From a virus (Duplodnaviria > Caudoviricetes), in the IMG/VR virus record IMGVR_UViG_3300036828_000780, positions 1 to 57,213 of that record: DNA of 57,213 nucleotides. The stretch is one strand, 5' to 3'. Shown here piece after piece: positions 34,892-44,825 of the stretch. The notes under the pieces are model-generated. The model saw nothing but the letters and a program-made list of their open reading frames with translations. It ran no database searches and was not told the origin of the DNA. Positions within the stretch are counted from its first letter, which is position 1; each line of letters opens with the position of its first letter. The position numbers and the translations under genes are program-made.

Positions 34892-36223
34892 ATGTCGGAA
34901 AACCGCAATTCCGGCGCCGCGGCGCCCAATGGCGCGGCTACTGGCGGCGATGATCTGCGCGCGACGATCACCGGCGCGCTCGCCGATAGTCTGGCGCCCG
35001 ATCCCGGTGGCGCCGCCGGTGGCGCTGCCGGCGGCGACGCCGGCGACGAACCGCAGCGGCGGCCGTTCCGGCGTGGCGGCGCGGCGCGCGCGGCCGCGAC
35101 GCCGGGTCCCGCGGAGCCGCCGGCGGTGCAGCCCACCGAGCCGCCCGCCGGCGGCGAGCCGGGTGGCGATCGGCCGGCGGCCGAGACCCCGCCGGGTCCC
35201 GCGGCACCGCCGCCGGTGCAGCCTACCGAACCGCCCCCGGGGCCGCCCCAGGAGCCGCCGGCGGCCGCGGGCCGCGAGGGCGAGGCGCCGCAGCATTGGG
35301 CGGCGACCGATCGGGAGGAATTCAACGCGTTGCCGGAGGCGGCGCGGGCGCCGTTTCTGCGCATGTACAAGCGCATGGAGGGCGGGTTTCAACCGCGCCT
35401 GCAGCGCGGGGCGCAGCTGGAGCGCGATTATGGCGAGCTCGACCGCACCGTCTTTACCGCGCCGCAGCGCGAGCTGATTAGCCGCAACGGCCAGACGACG
35501 ACCGCCATCATCACCAGCTGGGCCAATATCGAGCGGGCGCTCGACCGCGGCACCAACCCGAACAACCCGGCGCTACGCAACCAGATCCTCGCGCGGATGA
35601 TCCACAATTACGGCGCCGACCCGGTCGAGATCGCGCAGGCGCTCCACCAGCTGCGCGGCTTTCCGGCGCAGCACGGCGGCGACCAGCCGCCCGGCAATGG
35701 CGCCGGCAATGGCGCTGGGGCGCCGCCGTCCGCCGCCGGCAATGGGGCGCTCCCGACCGGGCTGGAGCAGCGCCTGGTGGCGCTCGAAACCGGCCACACC
35801 CAGCGCGAGGAGCTGGAGCGGCAGGCCCGGCACGGCGCGATCGAGCGCCAGATCGCGGAATTCGCCAACGCCAAGGACGCCGATGGCGGCCTGGTGCACC
35901 CGTTTTTTGCGGAAGTGGAGCAGGACATGGCCGGTTTGGCCCAGCTCGACCGAGCTCAGGGGCAAACCCCGGTCATGCAGGACCTCTACGACCGCGCAGT
36001 ATGGGCACGACCCTCAACCCGCGAGAAGCTTCTCGCCTCGCAGCATGACGCCGAGGCAAAGCGTGCGGCAGACGAGCGGAAGGCCAAGGCCGAGGCGGCA
36101 AAACGAGCCGCGGTCAGCGTCAGCGGGGCCCCCGGTCCCGGGCAGGCGCCGCAATCGACCCCGGATCGCTCGCTGCGTGATGAAATCAGGGCCCAGGTCG
36201 GCGCCGGTTCCGGCACCCGCTAG
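34892..36223 (+). CDS. Capsid scaffolding protein
   Basis: Low-complexity N-terminus; HPFFAEV..DMA.L; LYDRAVWA.P; directly upstream of MCP. Confidence 0.8.
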   Translation: MSENRNSGAAAPNGAATGGDDLRATITGALADSLAPDPGGAAGGAAGGDAGDEPQRRPFRRGGAARAAATPGPAEPPAVQPTEPPAGGEPGGDRPAAETPPGPAAPPPVQPTEPPPGPPQEPPAAAGREGEAPQHWAATDREEFNALPEAARAPFLRMYKRMEGGFQPRLQRGAQLERDYGELDRTVFTAPQRELISRNGQTTTAIITSWANIERALDRGTNPNNPALRNQILARMIHNYGADPVEIAQALHQLRGFPAQHGGDQPPGNGAGNGAGAPPSAAGNGALPTGLEQRLVALETGHTQREELERQARHGAIERQIAEFANAKDADGGLVHPFFAEVEQDMAGLAQLDRAQGQTPVMQDLYDRAVWARPSTREKLLASQHDAEAKRAADERKAKAEAAKRAAVSVSGAPGPGQAPQSTPDRSLRDEIRAQVGAGSGTR

Positions 36224-36253
36224 GCCCTTCCCGCATGCCTTTGAGGAGCGAAG

Positions 36254-37288
36254 ATGGCCAGTCCAAATCCCAATTGGGGTGAGATCACCACCACAACCTT
36301 GTACAATCGGTCGCGCAAGCTCGCCGACAACGTCACCAAAAACAACGCCTTGCTCGCCCGCCTGTCGACCCGCGGCAAAGTCAAGCCGGTCGATGGCGGT
36401 CAAGCAATCGTGCAAGAGCTCGAATACAGCGAGAACGGCACTTACAAGCGTTATACTGGCTACGACATCCTGAATATTTCGCCGAGCGATGTCTTTACTG
36501 CGGCGCAATACCCGTGGGCGCAGGTCGCGGTCGCGGTGTCGATTTCCGGCTTGGAGGAGATCCAAAATGCCGGCGAAGAGCGGATGATCGATCTGCTCGA
36601 AAGCCGGATCGGCAATGCCGAGCGGACAATGACAAACGGGCTGTCGGGCGACTGCTATTCCGACGGCACGGCCGACGGCGGTAAGCAGATCGCCGGCCTG
36701 CAATTGCTGGTCCCGGATTCAGGCCTCGGCGTGGTCGGCGGCATCGACCGAAGTGCCTGGCCGTTTTGGCGCCCGGCGGTCGGCTCGTTTACTGCGGCTA
36801 CTCTGACGCCAGGCCCGACCACTATTCAAACGATGATGAATAGGCAATGGTTAGCTCAAGCACGCGGCTCGGATCGACCTGACCTAATACTTGCCGACAA
36901 CACTTACTATCGGTTTTATTGGGAAGGCTTGCAGGCGATACAGCGCATCACCGAGAACAACCAGGGCGTCGCCGGCTTTCAGAGCCTTAAATTCATGGAC
37001 GCCGACGTCGTCTATGATGGCGGTTTCCAAGGTGTCCCGGCCGGAACACTGGTCGGCGGTCCGCTCGGCTCCGGAATTACTTGGATGACCCCGGGAGGCG
37101 CGCCGGCATCTCATATGTATTTCTTGAACACCGATTATCTGTTCTTGCGACCACATCGACAACGCAACATGGAGCCGATCGCGCCCGACCGTTTCGCGGT
37201 CAATCAGGACGCGATGGTCAAGCTGATCGCCTGGGCCGGCAACATGACGATGTCGAACGCCTTCCTGCAGGGCGTCCTCATCAACTGA
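36254..37288 (+). CDS. Major capsid protein
   Basis: EITTTTL.NRSRKLADNVTKNNALL; ISGLEE.QN.G; YFLNT.Y; NQDA.VKLI.WAGNMT. Confidence 0.92.
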   Translation: MASPNPNWGEITTTTLYNRSRKLADNVTKNNALLARLSTRGKVKPVDGGQAIVQELEYSENGTYKRYTGYDILNISPSDVFTAAQYPWAQVAVAVSISGLEEIQNAGEERMIDLLESRIGNAERTMTNGLSGDCYSDGTADGGKQIAGLQLLVPDSGLGVVGGIDRSAWPFWRPAVGSFTAATLTPGPTTIQTMMNRQWLAQARGSDRPDLILADNTYYRFYWEGLQAIQRITENNQGVAGFQSLKFMDADVVYDGGFQGVPAGTLVGGPLGSGITWMTPGGAPASHMYFLNTDYLFLRPHRQRNMEPIAPDRFAVNQDAMVKLIAWAGNMTMSNAFLQGVLIN

Positions 37289-37316
37289 CGAGGCAACAGA
37301 TTTGGTCACATCCGGG

Positions 37317-37339
37317 ACCCCGCCGCTGGCGGGGTTTTT
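37317..37339 (+). terminator. Rho-independent terminator after MCP
   Basis: ACCCCGCC-GCT-GGCGGGGT-TTTT. Confidence 0.75.
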
Positions 37340-37358
37340 CGTGAGAGGGGTTTTGTAA

Positions 37359-37856
37359 ATGTACACTTTCACCGACGACATCATGGGGCTGCAGCCCGTC
37401 GCGGTCACCGATACGGTGCAGCGCCATCCGACCGGCATGATCGGGCACGCGGCCGATCCGGTCCTCGGCGGCGCCGAGTTCGTCTATCTCAAAGGCGCCG
37501 CCAATACCGTTGCGGGCTCGCTTGTTACCTACAACCCGGCGCTCGGCACGACGCTGAGTCCAGCGGGCGCGCTCACTGGCGTTATTGGCGCGCCGGTCGC
37601 CGTGGCGATGGCGGCCAACGTCGCGAACCAATGGGGCTGGTACCAGATTTACGGCCAGGCGATCGTCGCCAAGGACGCCTCGGTGCCGGTGGCCGGCGCG
37701 CCGGTGTATCTGGCCGCCGCGGCCGGCCAGGTCACCGCGACGCAGGCGGCCGGGCGGCAGCTCGAGAGCGCCCAATTTGCCGCCGGCGCCGCCACCGGCG
37801 TCGCCACCGTCGCGGTGACGATGAGCCGCCCGGCCATCGAAGGGCAGATCACCTAA
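37359..37856 (+). CDS. Capsid decoration / minor virion protein
   Basis: DPVLGGAEFVYLKG; VAVAMAANVANQWGWYQI. Confidence 0.7.
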   Translation: MYTFTDDIMGLQPVAVTDTVQRHPTGMIGHAADPVLGGAEFVYLKGAANTVAGSLVTYNPALGTTLSPAGALTGVIGAPVAVAMAANVANQWGWYQIYGQAIVAKDASVPVAGAPVYLAAAAGQVTATQAAGRQLESAQFAAGAATGVATVAVTMSRPAIEGQIT

Positions 37857-38272
37857 TGGCCGCCGCGAACGAGCTGGCCTGGGCCGGGTTGCCGGCCCCG
37901 CTGGCGCAGCTGCTCGGCACCAGCCCACCGCGCCAGGTGGCGCCGGGCGCCGGTCTCAATCTCGCCGGCGCGCTGCCGATCATCGGCAATTTCGTGTTCC
38001 TGTTTCCGGTCCCGGCGGGCGGCGGTTCGGTCTATCTGCCGCGCGTTTCCGGGTCGGCGATGACGGTGCTCTACAACGCCGACGCCGCCAACGCCTGCAA
38101 TGTCTATCCGTACCCCGGCAGCCAGGACGTCCTGAATAGCTGGCCGGTTGGGGAGGGCGTGCAATTGCCGCCCGGGCAACCGTTGCTGCTGATCCCCGGC
38201 ACCGGCGGGATGGAAGTGTCGGGGGCCTGGATCTGCCTGCTCGGCCCGGCAATGACGCAAGTGTCGCCATAG
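37856..38272 (+). CDS. Virion structural protein
   Basis: TAATG coupling; position in head operon. Confidence 0.6.
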   Translation: MAAANELAWAGLPAPLAQLLGTSPPRQVAPGAGLNLAGALPIIGNFVFLFPVPAGGGSVYLPRVSGSAMTVLYNADAANACNVYPYPGSQDVLNSWPVGEGVQLPPGQPLLLIPGTGGMEVSGAWICLLGPAMTQVSP

Positions 38273-38281
38273 GAGGGCGCG

Positions 38282-39091
38282 ATGCAAAGCATGAACGTTC
38301 TGCCGTTCGAGGACCGGGCGGCCGAGATGCGGCCGGCCGGGGTGCGGCCCGAATTCTATAGCGACGCGGTGCTCGACCAGGGGGCCACCGCGGCCGCCGG
38401 GCGGCCGATTTATCGCGACGTCGAATTCGTCAAGATCATCGTGCCCGGGGTTGTGACGAATGTGCACGTCAAGATCGTCGGGCCGGCCGAGAAGGCGCGC
38501 TGGCCGCGCGAATACGAGGCGTTCCGGGTTGGCTTGGAGCAGCCGGTCGAGGGCACGCCGATCGAGGAATGGCCGATCCTGACGCGCGCGATGGTCAAGG
38601 AGCTCAAACACTTCGAGATCCGCACCGTCGAGGAGCTCAGCGTTATCTCCGATGTCGCGGTGCAGAATATCGGCATGGGCGGCCGCGACCTGCGGGCCCA
38701 GGCCAAGGCTTATCTGTCGGAGGCCGAGCGGCTCAAACTCAACACGCAGCTCACCCGCGACAACGAGCTGTTGACGTCGCGCATCGCGTCGCTTGAGGCG
38801 CAGGTCGGCCAGCTCGGCGAGCTGCTGACCCGGATCGACGCCGAGCGCCGGGTGCTGGCCGATCGGCCCAACCCGTTGGCGGTCGCGGTGCCGGCGCACT
38901 TCGACCCGATGGCGATGGCCGTGCCGGTGCAGGGCGCGCCGCCGACGAGCGCGCTCGACGCGATGGCGAACCGGCGCCGGTCGCGGCGGGCGCCGGAAGC
39001 TGACGAGGCGCCGCTTCGGTCCGATGACGGCGAGCTGCCGCGCGGGCCGGATGGGCGATTTCTGCCGCCGGCGCCGCCGGCGGCGGCGTGA
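38282..39091 (+). CDS. Conserved phage protein (helix-hairpin-helix-like)
   Basis: GRPIY.DVEFVKII.PG; GTPIEEWP; IRTVEEL. Confidence 0.75.
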   Translation: MQSMNVLPFEDRAAEMRPAGVRPEFYSDAVLDQGATAAAGRPIYRDVEFVKIIVPGVVTNVHVKIVGPAEKARWPREYEAFRVGLEQPVEGTPIEEWPILTRAMVKELKHFEIRTVEELSVISDVAVQNIGMGGRDLRAQAKAYLSEAERLKLNTQLTRDNELLTSRIASLEAQVGQLGELLTRIDAERRVLADRPNPLAVAVPAHFDPMAMAVPVQGAPPTSALDAMANRRRSRRAPEADEAPLRSDDGELPRGPDGRFLPPAPPAAA

Positions 39092-39116
39092 CCCCCCAAC
39101 CCAAAGGAGGAATGTG

Positions 39117-39527
39117 ATGGCGACGACGCGGTTTTTTGACGAGGAATTTCCACCGGGCAGCGGGGCGACGGAGCTGATGATCGGCATCGCCCATGATGAC
39201 GCGGGTGGCGATCGCGGCCAGATGCGCGAGTCGGTGCGCCCGGCGACGGCCGAGGATGTCACGCTCTATGGCGCGGCGTATGAGGCCTATACCGAGGCCG
39301 GCGGGGAATTGGCGCCGCGGGCGTCGCCGGAGGACCCCGCCGCGGCGTCGACTGGCCGGCCGCCGGTGCCGCCGCCATGGCCGCCCGGCCAGCCCTACAG
39401 CCCGCCGGACATGGCGCCGGCGACCTCCCCCGCGCCGCCCCCGCCGCCGCCGCTGCCGCAGCCGCAGCCGGATGTCGCGCCGCCGCCGGTCTATCCGCCC
39501 GGCGATCCGCCGCCGGGTGGAGCGTAA
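39117..39527 (+). CDS. Pro-rich hypothetical protein
   Basis: AAGGAGG RBS. Confidence 0.6.
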   Translation: MATTRFFDEEFPPGSGATELMIGIAHDDAGGDRGQMRESVRPATAEDVTLYGAAYEAYTEAGGELAPRASPEDPAAASTGRPPVPPPWPPGQPYSPPDMAPATSPAPPPPPPLPQPQPDVAPPPVYPPGDPPPGGA

Positions 39528-39530
39528 TCC

Positions 39531-39821
39531 GTGGCCGCGGTGCCGCGCACCAAGGCGGGCAAGGCGCGCAAGGTCGCCCGGACGATGGGCGAATTCAAAT
39601 CGGGCGACCTCAAAAGTTCGTCCGGCGAGAAGGTGACCAACCCGAAACAGGCAGTGGCGATCGCGCTCAATCAGAGCGGCCAGTCGAAACCGCCGTCGGA
39701 GCGTAAAGAGGGGCGGCCGCGGCCGCCCGCGGGTCCGATGGCGGCCGGGGCGCAAAATGCGCGCCTCGCCGACGCGGTCTCGCGGCGCGTCGACCAGGGC
39801 CAGACCCGGGGCCGCCGATGA
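39531..39821 (+). CDS. DUF6496-like small basic protein
   Basis: KV..TMGEFKSG.LKSSSG.KVTNPKQAVAIAL. Confidence 0.7.
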   Translation: MAAVPRTKAGKARKVARTMGEFKSGDLKSSSGEKVTNPKQAVAIALNQSGQSKPPSERKEGRPRPPAGPMAAGAQNARLADAVSRRVDQGQTRGRR

Positions 39822-40573
39822 GCCTGGTTACGATCTGCACAAATGTCGCGCTCGATTGCGGCATCGATCTGCCGCCGGGTCCGATCTTTGGCAGTCGTGC
39901 GCCGGCCTCGCAGCGGCTGTTGATGCAGGCCAAACGGGCCGCCAAGAGCCTGTTCAACGAGGTCGCGTGGACGTTCCTGACGGTCGAGCACGTCTTTACC
40001 GCCGCCGGCAGCAACAGCTCGGATTTCATGTTGCCGCCGGATTTCGACCGCCTGGTGCACGATACCCTATGGGAGCGCACCCGCTACTGGTCGCTCCGGG
40101 GCGCCATGAGTCCGCAGCAATGGCAGGCCTATCGGTCCTCGATTTACGGTCGCGCGACGATCGAACGGCGCTGGCGGATCCGCATCCCGTCGGGGCAGGG
40201 CGCCGGCGCGCCGGTCGCGTTTTCGGTCGACCCGCAGCTCGGCGGCACCGATACGACGACAACCTTTGTGTTCGAGTACGTCTCGGCCAATTGGTGCCAG
40301 GCCGCCAACGGCATGATGCAGCCGGATTGGGGGGCCGATACCGACAGCGCGCTGCTCGACGAATACCTGGTGGAGCTCGGCACCCGCTGGCGCGTGCTGC
40401 GCCGGCTGGGGCTGGCTTACGACGAGGAGCAGGACGAGTACAATCGCCAGCTCGACCAGGCGATCGCGCGCGACGGCGGCACCGCCACATTGAGCTTGGT
40501 GCCGAGCTCGAGGACCGTGTTCATCGGCCCCTACAACGTGCCCGATACCGGCTTCGGGCCGGTCCCGCCCTAA
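39818..40573 (+). CDS. Head-tail adaptor (tail tubular A-like)
   Basis: MSLVTIC; LPPDFDR; FEYVS.NW; D...LDE.L..LG..WR; NVPDTGFG. Confidence 0.75.
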   Translation: MSLVTICTNVALDCGIDLPPGPIFGSRAPASQRLLMQAKRAAKSLFNEVAWTFLTVEHVFTAAGSNSSDFMLPPDFDRLVHDTLWERTRYWSLRGAMSPQQWQAYRSSIYGRATIERRWRIRIPSGQGAGAPVAFSVDPQLGGTDTTTTFVFEYVSANWCQAANGMMQPDWGADTDSALLDEYLVELGTRWRVLRRLGLAYDEEQDEYNRQLDQAIARDGGTATLSLVPSSRTVFIGPYNVPDTGFGPVPP

Positions 40574-40576
40574 GCC

Positions 40577-42220
40577 ATGGCGCTCGGTGGTGCCGCGCTG
40601 CAGCAATTGCTGCGCCAGGGGCCGGGCTCGCGCGGTCAGCAGCCGTTGACCGCGCCGGCCTCGCTGCCGCCGCCGCTGGGCGGCTGGAACACGCGCGACG
40701 CGTTCGAGGCGATGGATCAGCAGGACGCGATCACGCTCGACAACTGGTACCCCGATTTTGGCGGCATCATGATCCGGCCGGGCGCCAGCCCCTGGCTCAA
40801 CCTGTTTACCGGCGCCGATATATCGACCTTGGCGACCTGGCAGGCGCTGGGCAGCCCGCAGCGGCTGATCGCCGCCTCGGCGGGCGCGCTCTACGATGCC
40901 ACCGGCGGCGGACAGGTCGTGCCGCCGGCGGCGCTCGCGACCGGCTTTACTTCCGATTGGTGGCAGACCGCGCAGTTCGGCGGCCGGCTGTTTCTGGTCA
41001 ACGGCCGCGACCCGCCGCAGGTCTATGACGGCACGACGGTGGCAGCCGCCGGGTTTGCCGCCGCCACCGGCCAGCCGGCGCTCGACGTGACGACCCTGAT
41101 CGGCGTGCAGGTCATCCACAACCGCCTCTATTTTTGGGACGGCAAGGCGACCGGCTTCTGGTACGGCGACTTGCTCGCGATCACCGGCAACCTTTCGTGG
41201 TTCCCGTTCGATATGGTCGTGCCGGATGGCGGCGGGCTCGTTTCGGTGCAGGTCCTCAGCTATGACGGCGGCACCGGGATAGCGTCCTACACGGTGTTCA
41301 CTCTCGACACCGGCACGATGCTGACCTATGGCGGCACCGACCCGTCGGACCCCAGCAATTGGGCGCTGGTCGGGCTCTATCCGGTCGGGCCGCCGATGGG
41401 GCTGCGCAGCGCGGCGCGCTATGGCGGCGATATCTATCAATCGACGTCGAGTGATCACCTCAAGCTGTCGCAGCTGCTGATCGCGCTCAAATTGGGGCAG
41501 ATGCCGCCGCGCTCGAAGGCGTCGGGCGCGCAAAAGGCGGCCTCGCAATTGGGGCGCCCGTTGCCCGGCTGGCAGGCGGTATATTGGCCGTTCGGGCGGC
41601 GCCTTTTGTTCAATGTGCCGCTACCGTCGGGCGGCTTCGAGCAGCACGTCTATAATCCGCCGCTCGACGCGTGGTGCCGGTGGCAAGGCTTGCCGTCGGT
41701 TTGCTGGGTGGTATGGGGCGACCGGCTGATGTTCGGGGCGCCCAACGGGCAGGTATGCGTCGCCGACAGCGCGCAGGGCGATCAATTTCTGCAGATCCAA
41801 AACCCGTGGAACACGACGCCGTGGAACCAGAAGCCGTGGCTCATCGGCCGCGACCAGCCGATCATCGCGATGGGGCAGCAGGCCTGGAACCTGTTTGGCA
41901 CGCCGCTCACCAAGCGGCTCGCGGCGGTGCGCCCGGTCGTCGCGAGCGATGGGGATATCACTTACGATTTCGCGATCGGCTTCGACTATCAAGACCCCCA
42001 GGTGTTTGTCCCGGTCGGGCAAGCGGCGATCATCGAAAGTCTGTGGGATGTCAGCCCGTGGGATACCAGCCCATGGTCGGTCGAGCGTACGGTTGAGGCG
42101 CAATGGCAGATCGCGTCCGGCGACGGCAGCGCGATCTCGTTTGCGATCGCGGTGCAAGCGCTGCACCCGCTGACCTGGGTGCGCACCGATTTCCGCATCG
42201 AGCCGGGCCGGGCGCTATGA
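40577..42220 (+). CDS. Tail nozzle / packaged-DNA stabilisation protein
   Basis: LPPPLGGWNTRD; Y.GTDPSD..NWALVG; WD.SPWD. Confidence 0.8.
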   Translation: MALGGAALQQLLRQGPGSRGQQPLTAPASLPPPLGGWNTRDAFEAMDQQDAITLDNWYPDFGGIMIRPGASPWLNLFTGADISTLATWQALGSPQRLIAASAGALYDATGGGQVVPPAALATGFTSDWWQTAQFGGRLFLVNGRDPPQVYDGTTVAAAGFAAATGQPALDVTTLIGVQVIHNRLYFWDGKATGFWYGDLLAITGNLSWFPFDMVVPDGGGLVSVQVLSYDGGTGIASYTVFTLDTGTMLTYGGTDPSDPSNWALVGLYPVGPPMGLRSAARYGGDIYQSTSSDHLKLSQLLIALKLGQMPPRSKASGAQKAASQLGRPLPGWQAVYWPFGRRLLFNVPLPSGGFEQHVYNPPLDAWCRWQGLPSVCWVVWGDRLMFGAPNGQVCVADSAQGDQFLQIQNPWNTTPWNQKPWLIGRDQPIIAMGQQAWNLFGTPLTKRLAAVRPVVASDGDITYDFAIGFDYQDPQVFVPVGQAAIIESLWDVSPWDTSPWSVERTVEAQWQIASGDGSAISFAIAVQALHPLTWVRTDFRIEPGRAL

Positions 42221-42315
42221 CTTTGCGGTGCCGAATGGCGGATCGTTTCGGTTAAACGGCTTCCGGTTGACGCCCAGAGCGACGGCCGCAACTACCCGGT
42301 AAAAGAGGGATCCCG

Positions 42316-42762
42316 ATGCGATGCGACCGGCTTTTCGCGGCGGCCGGCCTGGCCGCATTGTGCGCGACCGCCCCGCCGGCGGCCGCGCAGCATGTGCTGC
42401 AGCAGCTCGACCAATCCCAAAAGGCTACGGTCGACCGGCTGACGGCGCCGCTGTCCGGCCACAAGCGGCGCGGGCAGCCGCCGCCGCCTGTGGTTTCGGT
42501 CGTCGCGATCAAATTCGCCAACGTCGTGAAGGGCATCCCGGACAACGCGGCGCTCGGCGCCAAGCTCGCCGATGTCCTCGTGTTCAATAACGACGGCTCG
42601 CCGTTCACCGGGACCATCGGTTTCGGGCCGCCCGACTACAATGCCGGCGGCTGTTACGGGGTTTCGGGCAGCGCGGTCGTGCTCGCCTGCCATCTCACCG
42701 CGGCTGACGACGGCCGCACGCTGCTCGGGACGATCGTCGCGCACGACCCGACCGCGCCGTAA
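42316..42762 (+). CDS. Secreted beta-domain protein, paralog of 23221-23775
   Basis: Signal peptide plus shared GFGPP.Y.AGGC motif. Confidence 0.6.
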   Translation: MRCDRLFAAAGLAALCATAPPAAAQHVLQQLDQSQKATVDRLTAPLSGHKRRGQPPPPVVSVVAIKFANVVKGIPDNAALGAKLADVLVFNNDGSPFTGTIGFGPPDYNAGGCYGVSGSAVVLACHLTAADDGRTLLGTIVAHDPTAP

Positions 42763-42871
42763 ATCGATTTTAAGGGCCGCTGGCGCGCGATCTCGCGCGC
42801 CGCTGCCTTACCCCGGCCGACCCCGTTCCCGCGCTCACACGCTTACGACTGTCTGCCTAGCGGGGCTGCAA

Positions 42872-43312
42872 ATGCATTCCGAGGCGACCCGGGTCATCGT
42901 CGGCCGCGATGCGGCGGTCGCCGAATGGGTCCGCCGGCGATTGCGCGTCGACCACTGGGGGCCGTGCACCGCGATCGGCATCGCCCGCGGCGACGAGCTC
43001 GTCGCCGGCGTCGTCTACAACAATTTGCGCTGGCCCTCGATCGAGGCCTCGATTGCTTCGACCGAGCCCGGCTGGTGCTCGCGCCGCAACCTCGCGGCGA
43101 TCTTCGCCTATCCGTTCCGGCAGCTCGAATGCCGGCGGCTGGGCGCGCTCACCGAGGCCACGAATCAGCCCGTCCGGGCATTCCTCTGCCGCCTCGGCTT
43201 TCGCGAAGAAGGCCTGTGCAGACAGGCGCTCCCGACGGGAGATGCCGTGATCTTCGGCATGACCCCGCAGGAGTGCCGATGGCTCCCGTCAGCGGCGGGG
43301 GCGGGGGAATAA
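42872..43312 (+). CDS. GNAT-fold virion assembly protein
   Basis: LVAGVVY; IFAYPF.QL.C.R; N...RAFL.RLGF.EEG. Confidence 0.75.
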   Translation: MHSEATRVIVGRDAAVAEWVRRRLRVDHWGPCTAIGIARGDELVAGVVYNNLRWPSIEASIASTEPGWCSRRNLAAIFAYPFRQLECRRLGALTEATNQPVRAFLCRLGFREEGLCRQALPTGDAVIFGMTPQECRWLPSAAGAGE

Positions 43313-43318
43313 GCGGCC

Positions 43319-44815
43319 ATGTCGAAGGGCGGTAAGGGCGGCAGTTCGGGCGGGCAATCGGTCAACCCGATGCAATTGGCGCAGGCGCAGACGCAATCGA
43401 ACGTTGCGACTGCCGGGACCCAGGCGTCGCTCAACAACATCAACACGTACTCGCCCTACGGGTCGAGCACTTATCAACCGTTTGTCGATCCGACGACGGG
43501 GCAGACGCGGTACTCGCTGACCCAGGCGCTCGACCCGGCCTCGCAGAACCTGTTCCAATCGCAAACCGGGCTGGCGCAAAACCTGGTCAATCAGGCGGGC
43601 GGGGTCGCCGGGCAAGGCATTGGGCTGCAAGGCGAGGGCGCCAACGTCATCGGCGCGGGCGTTGGGGCGCTCGGCCAGATCAACCCGTCCTTGGCGCCCT
43701 ATCTGGCGGGCGCGGCCTCGCCGGTGTCGCTGACCCCGGGCTCGTTTCAGACCAACGTCACCGGCGGCGCCGGCGGCCAGCCGATCCCGCAGGTGCAAAC
43801 CGGCGTCACCGGCGCCGGGCAGGGCGTGCAGGGCGCGGTCGGGCCCGCCGGCCCGATCCAGACGAGTTTGAGCCCCGAGGATTTCGGGACCCAGATCAAA
43901 CAGGCGCAAGACGCCGCCTACCAGTCGCAGACGCAGTATCTCGACCCGCAGTTCAACCAGCAGGAAGAAACCCTCAAACAGAACCTCGCCGACCAGGGTA
44001 TCTCGGAAGGGTCCGACGCCTACACCCGCGCGACGGGCGATTTCAATCGCCAAAAGCAGATGGCGTACCAATCGGCGCAAAACAGCGCGGTCGCCGCCGG
44101 CAACCAGCAGCAGCAGGCGCTGTTTTCGCAGCAACTTCAGTCGGGGCAATTCGCCAATACGGCGCAAGCCCAAAACTACGTGCAGCAACTGCAGGACGCC
44201 GGCTTCATCAATGCGGCGCAAGCGCAAACCTTTGGCCAGCAGATCCAGTCCGGGCAATTCGCCAACCAGGCGCAGCAACAGGTGTTCGGGCAGGGCACCA
44301 GCCTCGCCGATCTCTACAACCAGGCGGTCCTCGGCGCCGCCGGCACGACCAACCAGGCGGCGCAGCTCGGGTTGCAGCGCGCCCAGGCCGAGCAACAGAC
44401 GCCGGTCAATACCTTGGCGCAGCTACTGCAGTCGGGCGGCAACGTCTACGGCCAAGGCCTCACCGGCATGCAATCGGTGCTGCCGTTCGTCAATGCGGCG
44501 TCGACCTGGCCGATTTCGATCCCGACGATGGGCGGCACGCCGGCGACGGTGGCGCCGACCAACTATGCCGGGGTCACCCAGGCGGCGACCGGGCAGAACC
44601 AGCTGGCCAATACGATGGGGTACCAGAGCCTCAACAGCATGCTGGGCGGCGCCAATACGCTGGCGAATATGTTCACCGGCGGCAGCAGCGGGATCGGCGG
44701 CCTGTTTGGTGCGGGCGGCCTCGGCAGCCTGTTCAGCGGCGGCGCGGCGGCGTCGGCGGTTCCGGATTTAGCGACGCTGCCGGGCGCCCTCACCGGCCTG
44801 ATGGCGGCGTTCTAG
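43319..44815 (+). CDS. DNA ejection / pilot protein
   Basis: Gln/Gly/Ala-rich; NINTYSPYGS; YLDPQF...L.DQGI..GS.AY. Confidence 0.75.
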   Translation: MSKGGKGGSSGGQSVNPMQLAQAQTQSNVATAGTQASLNNINTYSPYGSSTYQPFVDPTTGQTRYSLTQALDPASQNLFQSQTGLAQNLVNQAGGVAGQGIGLQGEGANVIGAGVGALGQINPSLAPYLAGAASPVSLTPGSFQTNVTGGAGGQPIPQVQTGVTGAGQGVQGAVGPAGPIQTSLSPEDFGTQIKQAQDAAYQSQTQYLDPQFNQQEETLKQNLADQGISEGSDAYTRATGDFNRQKQMAYQSAQNSAVAAGNQQQQALFSQQLQSGQFANTAQAQNYVQQLQDAGFINAAQAQTFGQQIQSGQFANQAQQQVFGQGTSLADLYNQAVLGAAGTTNQAAQLGLQRAQAEQQTPVNTLAQLLQSGGNVYGQGLTGMQSVLPFVNAASTWPISIPTMGGTPATVAPTNYAGVTQAATGQNQLANTMGYQSLNSMLGGANTLANMFTGGSSGIGGLFGAGGLGSLFSGGAAASAVPDLATLPGALTGLMAAF

Positions 44816-44825
44816 GGGGGCGCAA

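Noticed and set aside
37853-41548. Long antisense ORFs opposite structural genes (e.g. 37853-39262, 40067-41548)
   Set aside because: Arg/Ala-rich shadow ORFs expected in very GC-rich DNA, with no recognisable motifs
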